A stretch of 29,166 bases of DNA from a virus (Duplodnaviria; Caudoviricetes): positions 1-29,166 of IMG/VR virus record IMGVR_UViG_3300028198_000012. One strand, written 5' to 3'. Below, piece after piece: positions 1 through 9,268 of this stretch. The position numbers and the translations under genes were made by a program. The stretch's first letter is position 1. The number at the start of each line of letters is the position of its first letter. Under the pieces are notes generated by a model. The model did not search any database and was not told the DNA's origin. It worked only from the letters and a program-made list of their open reading frames with translations.

Positions 1-102
1 AAGAATATCGTCATATTTTGTTGGTGTGAGTTTCACAATTTTTTCAATTGCGTAAATACCAACTAAAACATATTCCCAATTTGCTGCTATCCATTCAGTC
101 AT
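1..102 (-). CDS. Small membrane protein, possibly holin-like (partial, runs off the left edge)
   Basis: Not in the ORF track. ATG at 102 follows a GGAG RBS. It translates to MTEWIAANWEYVLVGIYAIEKIVKLTPTKYDDIL: a hydrophobic helix followed by TPTKxDD, as in small phage membrane proteins. Confidence 0.55.
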   Translation of the reverse strand, partial: MTEWIAANWEYVLVGIYAIEKIVKLTPTKYDDIL

Positions 103-120
103 TTTTATTCTCCGTTTTGA

Positions 121-612
121 TTAGAATTGTAATATTGCGTAATCGTAACGCAATGTTAATTCGATATCTACTGGATCTGTACCATTTGCAAAATCTACAT
201 CATTGAAGTTAACATCCTGTGCCCACGCACCTTTTAATGTCCATTCTTCAACAATATCTCCTACTGGACCCAATAAATTAAATGTAATATCTTTTTTATA
301 AAAATCTGAGTATCCATCACGACCTGTTACTGATTCGTGGGATAATCTCACCCATTCCATACATGCTTGTGCTGCTGATGGTACAATAGGGTCATATAAT
401 GTAAGTGCTAATGGTTGCCACTCACCTTTACCTTTAATGTATCTCTTTACATTAATATGGTCTAATACTATTTCTTCAAATGTTATTTGAGGTCTTGCTG
501 CAGTTTTTATTAAATATGCGGGTAGACCTTCAATATACATGACATACCGGTTTTTAGTTTTTGGTTCAAACGGTGTGAACATTATTTCTGAAGGATCAAT
601 TAACTCTGGCAT
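121..612 (-). CDS. Tail tube protein (T4 gp19-like)
   Basis: Motifs FEPKTKNRY, KGKGEWQPL.LTLYDPI, W...HESVTGRDGY.DFYKKDI and EEWTLKGAW; adjacent to the sheath gene. The start is moved to ATG 612 because AGGAG lies 9 nt upstream. Confidence 0.9.
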   Translation of the reverse strand: MPELIDPSEIMFTPFEPKTKNRYVMYIEGLPAYLIKTAARPQITFEEIVLDHINVKRYIKGKGEWQPLALTLYDPIVPSAAQACMEWVRLSHESVTGRDGYSDFYKKDITFNLLGPVGDIVEEWTLKGAWAQDVNFNDVDFANGTDPVDIELTLRYDYAILQF

Positions 613-738
613 TTCCAATTCTCCTATTGTTAAATTCTGTACGGTTTTTGTACTTCAAGTATAAATATCAAACTAATTAAAAAAAATGAATTTCTATATA
701 TGTCAATTTGTAGAAGTTTTTTAGAAGTTTTATAGGGC

Positions 739-774
739 AATAAAAAACCCCATAATTAAATGAGGTTTCTTATT
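739..774 (-). terminator. Intrinsic terminator after tail sheath gene
   Basis: Minus strand reads AAACCTCAT-ttaatt-ATGGGGTTT followed by TTTATT, about 15 nt after the sheath stop. Confidence 0.7.
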
Positions 775-786
775 TCGTTTTACGAA

Positions 787-3252
787 TTAGTCTGGGAACG
801 ATGCTCCTGTGGGTAATACCACGAAGTCAAGAACAATAAATTCCGCTGTTCTCGTAGGTTGGATAAATATCTGTCCTACAAGACGGTTTCTATCAACAAC
901 ATCAGGTGTGTTATTGCTATCGTCCATCACTACTCTAAATGCGTTCAAACCACTATTGGCCTGGACACTTTCAAGGTAAGGATTGACAATATTCAAGAAA
1001 CGATTCCTCGTTGCTGTTGTGTTCTGTTCGAATACTAAATATCTTGAAGATGACGCAATGAATTTCTTCAATGCAATCAACAATCTACGAACATTGATTC
1101 TATCAAGTGCTGATGGTTTAGACTGAAGTGTTTTCTGTCCAAATACCGTTACACCTTGACCTGGGAATGTTGCAATTGGATTAACTCTATTTTCATACAG
1201 TTTATCTCTCTCAGCGTGAGTTAATCGTGTTTTAGCTTCTAAAACAGAAGTTAAACCACCACGATTTAAACCAGCTGGTGCAAACCATTCGTGTGCTATC
1301 TTATCTGTAAAGGATATTACACCTGGTAGAACAACTGAAGGTGGCACCCAAACTGGTAATTGTGTTTCAGAATCAACTACTTTAACCCAAGGAAAATATG
1401 TCCCTGCGTAGTTGGTATCTAATGCACTTATACCGTTGGTTGCGTTATCAATTGTATCACTCCATGCAAATCCATCCAATACATAAAAAGCATCACCACG
1501 AGCTTCAATTTTTGAAATTGCGTGGTTGGTCACTGCACTATGTACAATTGAACCACCTTTACTATGAAGTACACCTGGGATAGCCAATAAATTAATATCG
1601 AACTCATCAGGATTACTTATAGCATTGATTGCTCGTTTGTATGCTACAGAACCACTTGCTGCTGCGGATGATAAATCAAATCCTTGTGTGTTTGTACCAG
1701 AAATATCATTTCCAGTAGCTTTAATCACAGTTGGATCATCACCATCAAATCCCCATTGTAGAGGCATTACAAATTTCCTCTGTGCAATGTCTGAATTTGC
1801 TAATGTTATTGCTGTTGAACTATTTGCTGCCGTAGAAACATTTAAGTCTCCTGCTGCGTTATCATCACCATTCATATTTGCTAATGAAAATACACTATTT
1901 GAACCTGTAGTAGCGTTATAAGGAATAGGAGCTAAATACTCTCTATTATCCTTTAACTTATAATCAAATCCATAAAATACGTTTTGGTCAAAATCACCAA
2001 CACCATTTTTCTGTTCTGATTTAAATGTTATTGTAGGTACATTAGCACCTAATACTGGATTATTCACTGCTTCAAATCCAAAAGGTACTACATTTTTAGC
2101 TAAGTTTCTAAGATCTGCATAATCACCAATACGAATCCATTTAGATTGATTTGGCCAATCACCTTTATAGGTTAATTTACCATTTGAATCAATTTCAACA
2201 AATCTATCACCAATTTTTCTTGCGAAATAGTTGTTTGAAGTTCTATCAAAATTACAATTATCAAACTGTTCAAGAACTATATTATCATCTGCTTGTGCTG
2301 GGTTATTTTTTCTTACCTGTACAGAGAATTCACCATAATCCGAACCAGGAATTGAACCAGCCGCTTTAATATTCAATACACATACTTTAAATTCTTCATT
2401 CACACTTGTTCCGTGAGATAATGAATAAATTCTAAATAAGTTATTGTATGAACGAGTTGCTGTTGCTCCTTGGTCAATTACGATTGGTGTTCTTGCCACA
2501 GAATAATCACTATTACCTGTCCAAGTTGCTGCTACACCAGTTGCTCCATATTGTGCTGAATATCCAGTTCCACTTTGAAAATCCTGTCCAGCCGAACCAC
2601 TTGCACTATTTGCTACTGATAATTCAGTCCAAGACTGATGATTATTGTGTGCAGTTTCTTTAAATACTTTGTATAGGTATACTTTTGATGTATTGTTCAT
2701 TGGATCAGAACTAATCACTTTATCAATAAACAAATCACTTGATGTTGCAAACGATGCACTTATTGTTTCATGAAATGTTCCAGCTGTATTAGTAGAACCA
2801 CTTATGTGGATTACAAAATCACCAGCTGTAACTGAAACAGTTGAACCACTTTGTTCTACACCACTTCTCATTACTCGTGTTCCATCAATTCCAAGTGCCC
2901 CAGCACCACGTGATGGTGCTAAAACTGCTATTAAATCTTCGTTGGATGAACCACTTGCAACTATATTAACATAATCTGTCTTATATCCACCAATACCAAG
3001 AACTCTAACTATTGTTACAGAACTGGCACTTTTAAGATATTCTTGTACTGTATAGGGAACATAATAATCTTCGCTCACTTTACCAAAAGTATTTTCAAAT
3101 TCTGAAAAATTACTAAGTATGGTTGGTGTGAATGCTGGGCCCTTTTGAGTTGGCCCTATTATTGCTGCCCCAATATCAGAAATACCTTGTGGTAGAAAAG
3201 ACAAGTCCCGTTCTTCTGTGAAGACTCCAGGACTTACTATTCTTTCCGCCAT
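787..3252 (-). CDS. Tail sheath protein (T4 gp18-like)
   Basis: N-terminal SPGVFTEERDLS and C-terminal WFAPAGLNRG, LYENRVNPI, GQKTLQ..SALDRINVRRL, FEQN and IQPTRTAEFI are sheath hallmarks. GGGAG RBS. Confidence 0.95.
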   Translation of the reverse strand: MAERIVSPGVFTEERDLSFLPQGISDIGAAIIGPTQKGPAFTPTILSNFSEFENTFGKVSEDYYVPYTVQEYLKSASSVTIVRVLGIGGYKTDYVNIVASGSSNEDLIAVLAPSRGAGALGIDGTRVMRSGVEQSGSTVSVTAGDFVIHISGSTNTAGTFHETISASFATSSDLFIDKVISSDPMNNTSKVYLYKVFKETAHNNHQSWTELSVANSASGSAGQDFQSGTGYSAQYGATGVAATWTGNSDYSVARTPIVIDQGATATRSYNNLFRIYSLSHGTSVNEEFKVCVLNIKAAGSIPGSDYGEFSVQVRKNNPAQADDNIVLEQFDNCNFDRTSNNYFARKIGDRFVEIDSNGKLTYKGDWPNQSKWIRIGDYADLRNLAKNVVPFGFEAVNNPVLGANVPTITFKSEQKNGVGDFDQNVFYGFDYKLKDNREYLAPIPYNATTGSNSVFSLANMNGDDNAAGDLNVSTAANSSTAITLANSDIAQRKFVMPLQWGFDGDDPTVIKATGNDISGTNTQGFDLSSAAASGSVAYKRAINAISNPDEFDINLLAIPGVLHSKGGSIVHSAVTNHAISKIEARGDAFYVLDGFAWSDTIDNATNGISALDTNYAGTYFPWVKVVDSETQLPVWVPPSVVLPGVISFTDKIAHEWFAPAGLNRGGLTSVLEAKTRLTHAERDKLYENRVNPIATFPGQGVTVFGQKTLQSKPSALDRINVRRLLIALKKFIASSSRYLVFEQNTTATRNRFLNIVNPYLESVQANSGLNAFRVVMDDSNNTPDVVDRNRLVGQIFIQPTRTAEFIVLDFVVLPTGASFPD

Positions 3253-3329
3253 TATTTTTCTCCCAATTTATGAGGTTGTTTTAATACAAATTAAAGTTAT
3301 ATATAAATATAAGCCAAATTTCTCAAACA

Positions 3330-3620
3330 TTAGTTTTGAGGAGTAAATTTACCAGTTTCTACATCAAGATTACCAATTCCGTACTTATCTGTCATCTTTT
3401 TTACAATTCCTTGTTCAGATTCTCTAGCTTCATCATATGCAACATGCAATTTTTGTTCATTAGATTCTATATTATCCAATTCCTTATTTAATTGACTACG
3501 TTGTAAAGCAATCTGTCCAAGTTGTAAAGCTATACCTTGGTATTTTTCTTGTAAAGATTTAATCTCTTTGATCTCTTCTTCTGGTACTACTACTTCTGAT
3601 TTTTTCGTTTCGTCTGCCAC
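3330..3620 (-). CDS. Small coiled-coil protein, possibly a fibre assembly chaperone
   Basis: 96 aa with a heptad-like Leu/Ile pattern. GTG start with GGAGG RBS and its own candidate late promoter at 3661-3668. The function is inferred from position only. Confidence 0.6.
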   Translation of the reverse strand: MADETKKSEVVVPEEEIKEIKSLQEKYQGIALQLGQIALQRSQLNKELDNIESNEQKLHVAYDEARESEQGIVKKMTDKYGIGNLDVETGKFTPQN

Positions 3621-3668
3621 GTTAAAACCTCCATTTTTGTTGTTATAAATGTATCTAACTATAAGTAT

Positions 3669-6600
3669 CTAATTAGATTTCAAATCATCAATTTCTTTTT
3701 TCAGTTCTTTAATTGATTCTATCAGAACGGGGACTAATTTATTATAATCCACCGATTTAAATTTTCCTCTACCATGTAAACCTTCGTGTTCTTTCACAAG
3801 TTCAGGAATAACTGCTTCTACTTCTTGTGCTAACACTCCAACATCGTGTCCCATATCTTCTCGTTTCCAATCATACTCAACACCACGAAGTTTCATCACA
3901 TCAGATAAACCATATTTCATATCTGTGATATTCTCTTTCAAATTCATATCAGATGCGACGGTTGAAGAATATGCAACAACGTCAGCGTCTGCGTGAAATG
4001 TTCCACCCGCTGTAAATCTAAATTCTTCTACATTTGATAAATACACTTTAATATTATCATCTGTACCAAAATCAATCCAATCACCACTAGCATCTCTACC
4101 AACTTTAAGTCCAGTATTATATATTGAAGTAATAGTTGTTTGTGCTGCTGTTACTGCAACATCATTAGCATTTGCTGTAATTCCATCTCCACCAATTACA
4201 TTTATCACTCCACTTGTGGCAGTCGTTCCTGCTCCTGCCAATTCAGTTGCTACATCATCATGTACCATACCAGTTTGAACTGCATTTGCTTGTATTGTTC
4301 CAGCTGCTGTAACATTACCACTTCCATCAAAACTTGGTGAAGTCCATGCAACATCACCAGTCATTGCTATTGTTCTACCAGTAGCCAAAGCAGTTGCTGT
4401 AGACGAATTTCCTGTTAATTCACCTGCCAACGCAGTTGATGTAATGGATGTTGCTCCTGTTACCACACCAGCGTCTATACTAATTGTTCCGTCTAATAAA
4501 ATTGCCGAACCTGCTGCTGGTTCGATGTTAATTGCTGCTCCAGAATCTAATGTTATTAATCCTGCTGAAGCAATCTCAGCAGTACCATCGATTGTAAATA
4601 AAAGATTTGCTGCTGCGGCTGCTGTATCAACCGTAGTAAAAGTCAAAGCACCATTGGTAGATGCTGCTATAGTGGCCGTATCATCTGTTGATGGTGTCAT
4701 CACAATTGAATCATCTGTAATAACCGTTGTACCGATTGTAAAATCTGTTGTTGCGTCAATTGTAGTACCCACAATAGTACCTGCAGCTACTGCACCTATT
4801 GCAGTAAAATCACCTGCGGCTTGAGTTGCTGCCCCAATTACTGTATTATCAATAGTTCCACCATCAATATCAGGTGTATTAATATCAGGACTTGTTAAAG
4901 TTTTGTTTGTAAGTGTGTCGGTTGAACTAATAGTTACTAAATTAACTTCTGCATCTTTCAATCCACCAATCCATCTATCTTCACTTACATCCCAGAGTAA
5001 TGAACCTGTTTCTGTTGTATCGGCATCATTTATATAAAGTCCACCATCTCCTGCTGCTGAACCAGCATTTAATGTAACTATTCTATCTCCAATATCTAAA
5101 TTTGAACTTGAAACATATGTTAAATCTCCTCGTACTTCCATACCACCAGTTACAATAATTCCTGTAAATGATCCAGATGCTGGTGTTGCTGCACCAATAA
5201 CTGTTCCATCAATATTTCCACCATTAATATCAACTGTAGTAAGTGTAGAAGTTCCTGTAGCAGTAATTGCGTCTATATGACCTGTATCAATATGAGCTTC
5301 TGCAAATTGTAACGCAGAAGTTCCTAAATCTCTTGCACTATTTGTAGATGGTACTATGTCCGAATCGAATCGACCCGTTGCTGTAATTGTATCACCCGTA
5401 GCGTCTCCTAAATCAACATTTCCAGTTGCTACTAAAGTTGTAAAAGTACCAGCTGCTGGAGTATTACCACCTACAACTCCATCTGATGTTCCAACAAATG
5501 CTGTCGATGTAATAGATGTTGCTCCTGTTACTACACCCGCGTCTATACTGATTGTACCATCCAATAGAATTGCTGAACCTGCTGCTGGTTCGATGTTAAT
5601 TGCTGCTCCAGAATCTAATGTTATTAATCCTGCTGAAGCAATTTCAGCCGTGCCATCTACTGTAAATAAAAGATTTGCTGCTGCGGCTGCTGTATCAACT
5701 GTAGTTATAGTCAGAGCACCATTAGTAGATGCTGCTATAGTGGCCGTATCACCACTTGTTGGAGTCATCACAATCGAGTCGTCTGTAATAACCGTTGAAC
5801 CTATTGTAAAATCTGTTGTTGCGTCAATTGTTGTACCTGTAATTGCACGAGCCGTGTCAGCACCAAGTATACCATCAACATTAGTACCAATTAAATCGGT
5901 AGAAGTAATTGATGTTGCTCCTGTTACTACTCCTGCATCTACACTAATTGTTCCGTCTAATAAAATTGCTGAACCTGCTGCTGGTTCAAGGTTAATTGCT
6001 CCACCCGAATCTAATGTTACGGTAGTACCAATTGCTTCAAACGTTCCGTCAGCGGTAATTGTTATGTTTGCTGCTGCGGCTGCATCATCTACTGTAGTAA
6101 TAGCCAATGCACCATTGGTAGCTCCACTAAAAGTAATCGTATCACTTGTTGATGGTGTCATCACAATTGAGTCGTCTGTAATAACCGTTGAACCTATTGT
6201 AAAATCTGTTGTGGCGTCTATTGTAGTACCAACTATTGCGGCAAATGTACCAGCTACTGCTGATGCTGCACCAATAGTAGTTCCATCAATACTTCCACCA
6301 TTAATATCTACTGTAGTAACTATTCCTAAATCTGCAACTGTTCTACCTGCGTTTGTCCAGTTATTACTAAATGACAAACTTGAACCATCGTCTGCACTAA
6401 TTGTATCGAGTGCTATATCACCCACATTAGTAATGTTTCCATCACTAAAAGATGTGGCGGTTGTAGAAGCAATTACAAGAGTTCCATCATCTGTAATTGT
6501 GTTATCAGTAATGACAGTTCCACCGATTGTAAAATCAGCTGTGGCATCTATTGTTGTACCTTTAATTGTCGTATGTGAAGAAGCTCCAATAGTAGCCCCA

Positions 6601-7859
6601 TCAACTGTTCCACCATTAATATCTGCTGTAGTGATACTACCTAAATCTGCTACCGTATTTCCAGCGTTTGTCCAATTACCTTGAATATTATCAAGTTCTA
6701 TTCGTGATGCACTTACTGAATTTACTGCAATGTGTGCAAATGAACCACTTGATGTGGCTGAACCACTAATAGTTGTTGCGTTAATTGTTAATATATCCGC
6801 TCCATCGTCTGTAATAACTACATCTCCACCATCAACATCTATCGCCAAATCTCCAGCGAGATCCATAGTTAAATTAGCATCATTTGTAATCGTATCTGCT
6901 GTAAGTACCAAACCATCAATTGTAAAATCAGTTGTAGCGTCAATAGTCGTACCTTTAATTGTAGTAGCTGATGCTGCTCCAATTGCAGTTCCGTCAATTG
7001 CTCCACTATCAATATCTACATTTGTAGAATTAAAGTTGCCGTGGTCTAAATTAGCTCCTAATGCATCTGCATTCAAAGTATCTATATATGCCACACCATC
7101 TATGTATAAATCTTTCCATTGTGTACCAGATGCACCCAAGTCATCGGCATCATCACTTCCAGGTAAAACATTATTTCCACCTGGGTCTAATATAATATCT
7201 GCGGCTGCTATAATTTTTAAATCTGTATCTACATCAACATAATCAGCTGCACTATCTATTTCTAATCTTGGAACTCTTAAATTACCACCTGATTGTACTA
7301 ATACATCTGATGTTTCAGTTAATGTTATTCCACCGTTAGCCCAATTTATAACACCTGCTGCACCTAAATGTAAATCGTTCCATCCTTTAGTAGCACTACC
7401 TAAATCGTATGTAGCATTTGCATTTGGAGTTAAATTTGAAGTAATATCTGCACCAATACTAATAGAATCTGTATCTGCATCTCCAAGTGTTAAATCTCCA
7501 CCTATAAAAGCATCTCCCACAATATGTAGTTTAGAACCACTAAGTACTGAACCACTTAAGTCCGATACTAAACTTCCACTTGCAAACGTTATTCCATCTG
7601 GAGTTGCAGTCATTGTTTGTACTGTATTTCCAGTTTTATCCATAAAATGAATAGAGCTAGTAGATACATATAATTCTTTCCAGGGTCTACCCGCATTTCC
7701 TAAAGTATAGGTGTCAGAATCTCCTGGTATAAAATGAAAACTTGCCGTTGCAGTATTTATAGACTGCGACATCACTAACATTGCGTCCGTTGATTCTACA
7801 AGTATTCCTTTTGGGTGATGTAAATCACTCGTGATTAAACTACTATGTTTTTTTGCCAT
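3669..7859 (-). CDS. Long tail fibre/spike protein with C-terminal peptidase S74 intramolecular chaperone
   Basis: 1396 aa, rich in Gly/Thr/Asp/Ala with internal repeats. The C-terminus SDMNLKENI...LRGVEYDWK...GVLAQEVEAVIPELV...VDYNKLVPVLIESIKEL is the S74 pattern. Confidence 0.9.
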   Translation of the reverse strand: MAKKHSSLITSDLHHPKGILVESTDAMLVMSQSINTATASFHFIPGDSDTYTLGNAGRPWKELYVSTSSIHFMDKTGNTVQTMTATPDGITFASGSLVSDLSGSVLSGSKLHIVGDAFIGGDLTLGDADTDSISIGADITSNLTPNANATYDLGSATKGWNDLHLGAAGVINWANGGITLTETSDVLVQSGGNLRVPRLEIDSAADYVDVDTDLKIIAAADIILDPGGNNVLPGSDDADDLGASGTQWKDLYIDGVAYIDTLNADALGANLDHGNFNSTNVDIDSGAIDGTAIGAASATTIKGTTIDATTDFTIDGLVLTADTITNDANLTMDLAGDLAIDVDGGDVVITDDGADILTINATTISGSATSSGSFAHIAVNSVSASRIELDNIQGNWTNAGNTVADLGSITTADINGGTVDGATIGASSHTTIKGTTIDATADFTIGGTVITDNTITDDGTLVIASTTATSFSDGNITNVGDIALDTISADDGSSLSFSNNWTNAGRTVADLGIVTTVDINGGSIDGTTIGAASAVAGTFAAIVGTTIDATTDFTIGSTVITDDSIVMTPSTSDTITFSGATNGALAITTVDDAAAAANITITADGTFEAIGTTVTLDSGGAINLEPAAGSAILLDGTISVDAGVVTGATSITSTDLIGTNVDGILGADTARAITGTTIDATTDFTIGSTVITDDSIVMTPTSGDTATIAASTNGALTITTVDTAAAAANLLFTVDGTAEIASAGLITLDSGAAINIEPAAGSAILLDGTISIDAGVVTGATSITSTAFVGTSDGVVGGNTPAAGTFTTLVATGNVDLGDATGDTITATGRFDSDIVPSTNSARDLGTSALQFAEAHIDTGHIDAITATGTSTLTTVDINGGNIDGTVIGAATPASGSFTGIIVTGGMEVRGDLTYVSSSNLDIGDRIVTLNAGSAAGDGGLYINDADTTETGSLLWDVSEDRWIGGLKDAEVNLVTISSTDTLTNKTLTSPDINTPDIDGGTIDNTVIGAATQAAGDFTAIGAVAAGTIVGTTIDATTDFTIGTTVITDDSIVMTPSTDDTATIAASTNGALTFTTVDTAAAAANLLFTIDGTAEIASAGLITLDSGAAINIEPAAGSAILLDGTISIDAGVVTGATSITSTALAGELTGNSSTATALATGRTIAMTGDVAWTSPSFDGSGNVTAAGTIQANAVQTGMVHDDVATELAGAGTTATSGVINVIGGDGITANANDVAVTAAQTTITSIYNTGLKVGRDASGDWIDFGTDDNIKVYLSNVEEFRFTAGGTFHADADVVAYSSTVASDMNLKENITDMKYGLSDVMKLRGVEYDWKREDMGHDVGVLAQEVEAVIPELVKEHEGLHGRGKFKSVDYNKLVPVLIESIKELKKEIDDLKSN
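4435..6230 (-). repeat. Three copies of a ~110-codon module inside the fibre gene (about 4435-4770, 5505-5840, 5905-6230)
   Basis: GTTIDATTDFTIGxTVITDDSIVMTP...AAAAAN...LDSGxAINxEPAAGSAILLDGTISxDAGVVTGATSITST occurs three times. The block 4507-4573 is identical to 5576-5642. Confidence 0.9.
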
Positions 7860-7871
7860 TTCTTATTCCCT

Positions 7872-8147
7872 TTAAGATGCTCCAGTTATTACTACTTCAT
7901 TATTTTGGGTGGTAATTTGTTCAAAATCCATTATAGTTGATGTCTCTTCTGTTACTACCATATTTGCTAATACATCAAATGTTACAAGTTCCGAACCTGC
8001 TTGTTTAACAGTAGTTGCATCTAATGAACCAGTAAATTCATGTTTACTACCTGAAAAATTTGTAGATCCTGTTACTTCAAAGCCACCCCCATCAATTTTG
8101 ATTTTATTACCAAATCTATCAAATCCTAAATATGAAGTAAGTGACAT
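7872..8147 (-). CDS. Small virion-associated protein
   Basis: 91 aa, tightly packed in the fibre operon, with VTGS/FSGS/FTGS motifs like its neighbours. Confidence 0.7.
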   Translation of the reverse strand: MSLTSYLGFDRFGNKIKIDGGGFEVTGSTNFSGSKHEFTGSLDATTVKQAGSELVTFDVLANMVVTEETSTIMDFEQITTQNNEVVITGAS

Positions 8148-8148
8148 A

Positions 8149-8472
8149 TTATACTATTTCCAAAATACTACAAAATGCCTGTAGTGTAGATGCTGCATCA
8201 GCCGTAGCCTTTAAAACATCGGCTGTTTCTAAATTTATTGGTTTATCCAATACTACCGTTGTACCATTTGGTACTGCTAAATTCTTTGCTATATAAAAAT
8301 CACTCCCTGCACTGGAATCCGTTACAAAAATATCGACTAGCCCAGCATTTGATGCGTGTATATTTGAAATATATACTGCGTGAACTACTGCCGTTGTCGA
8401 ACTTGGTGTTGTATAAATTGTTGTTGCACTATCTGTAATTGCAACTCCCTTATTTTTAAATGTATTAGCCAT
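8149..8472 (-). CDS. Small beta-rich virion structural protein
   Basis: MANTFKN...IYTTP.STTAVV....ISN...KPINLET.D.LK resembles a small structural protein often found beside phage fibre genes. GGAGG RBS lies in the upstream gene end. Confidence 0.7.
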   Translation of the reverse strand: MANTFKNKGVAITDSATTIYTTPSSTTAVVHAVYISNIHASNAGLVDIFVTDSSAGSDFYIAKNLAVPNGTTVVLDKPINLETADVLKATADAASTLQAFCSILEIV

Positions 8473-8475
8473 TCA

Positions 8476-8952
8476 TTATCCTCCGAAAACTATTCCAAAA
8501 ACTACCGCATTTACATCTGTTACATTTGTTAGTCCTGTACCATCACCACTTAAATTAGTTGCCTCTACTTTACCAAACGAACCAGTTGAAGTTGATGAAC
8601 CACTTATGTTTCCAGATGCCTGTATAATTCCTGTTACATCTACACCAGTATTTGTAGTTTCAAGTTTTGTACTATTATTATAATTTAAATCTACTGAATT
8701 TGCTGAGTTTAAAACCAACATAGTTTTAGAACCAGCTGCATTCTGGAATGTCTGTGTTCCACCCAAATAATTTAGGTTTCCAGTTCCATTATCTTTTATG
8801 TAACTATTACTACCATCGTGGTATAGTTGTAAATCATTTTCATCACCAATATTTAAAACTGCATCATCTGCAAGTTTTACGCCACCACTTCCTGTAATTT
8901 GATTTAAATGGGCTGAACTGCCCGATACTATGACTTTTTTCCAGTTTGGCAT
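8476..8952 (-). CDS. Short fibre-like virion protein
   Basis: 158 aa with the fibre segment DLQLYHDGSNSYI...NSVDLNYNNSTKLETTNTGVDVTG. The N-terminus WKKVIVSGS is shared with 9269-10918. AGGAG RBS. Confidence 0.75.
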   Translation of the reverse strand: MPNWKKVIVSGSSAHLNQITGSGGVKLADDAVLNIGDENDLQLYHDGSNSYIKDNGTGNLNYLGGTQTFQNAAGSKTMLVLNSANSVDLNYNNSTKLETTNTGVDVTGIIQASGNISGSSTSTGSFGKVEATNLSGDGTGLTNVTDVNAVVFGIVFGG

Positions 8953-8970
8953 TTAAGTTATTCTCCTATT

Positions 8971-9029
8971 GCGGTTGGTTACTCTTTCGAGCCCACTTCC
9001 CATCCTCTACCATAAAGATGGGCCAACAT
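8971..9029 (-). ncRNA. Candidate cis-regulatory three-way-junction RNA, glnA (glutamine riboswitch)-like
   Basis: Minus strand: GUUGG / CCCAUCUUU-AUGGUA-GAGGAUGGG / AAGUGG / GCUC-GAAA-GAGU / AA / CCAAC CGC, then AAU and the AGGAG RBS. It is a GC-rich patch in an AT-rich intergenic gap. Confidence 0.6.
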
Positions 9030-9040
9030 TATAATACAAG

Positions 9041-9250
9041 TTATTCTCCTAAACCTTCTAAGTGTTTCTTCATTAACTTGTATTCTTCTTGTAACTTTCT
9101 TGTTACGTGTAATACGTTCTGAACCTCTGATATCTTATGTCCAGCGTTTGCTACTATTTCTAATAAAAATTCTATTTCTTGGAAAGACATTGGGTGTACA
9201 TATGCCTTACCCTCTAATACTTTAATACCACCTTTTACAGTAAGTCCCAT
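9041..9250 (-). CDS. Small hypothetical protein
   Basis: 69 aa ORF with a GAGG RBS, in operon context. Confidence 0.7.
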   Translation of the reverse strand: MGLTVKGGIKVLEGKAYVHPMSFQEIEFLLEIVANAGHKISEVQNVLHVTRKLQEEYKLMKKHLEGLGE

Positions 9251-9268
9251 TTGTAACCTCTTATTTAA

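Noticed and set aside
710-731. Direct repeat TAGAAGTTTT x2
   Set aside because: Short, AT-rich and only two copies; not enough to call an operator.
4140-7242. Long plus-strand ORFs (4444-4824, 5356-6684, 6730-7242)
   Set aside because: Antisense shadows of the repetitive fibre gene, caused by its codon bias. They have no RBS and mirror the repeats.
3669-7859. Diversity-generating retroelement acting on the fibre repeats
   Set aside because: Differences between copies are mostly synonymous and not adenine-specific, all copies are coding, and no reverse transcriptase is in the window.
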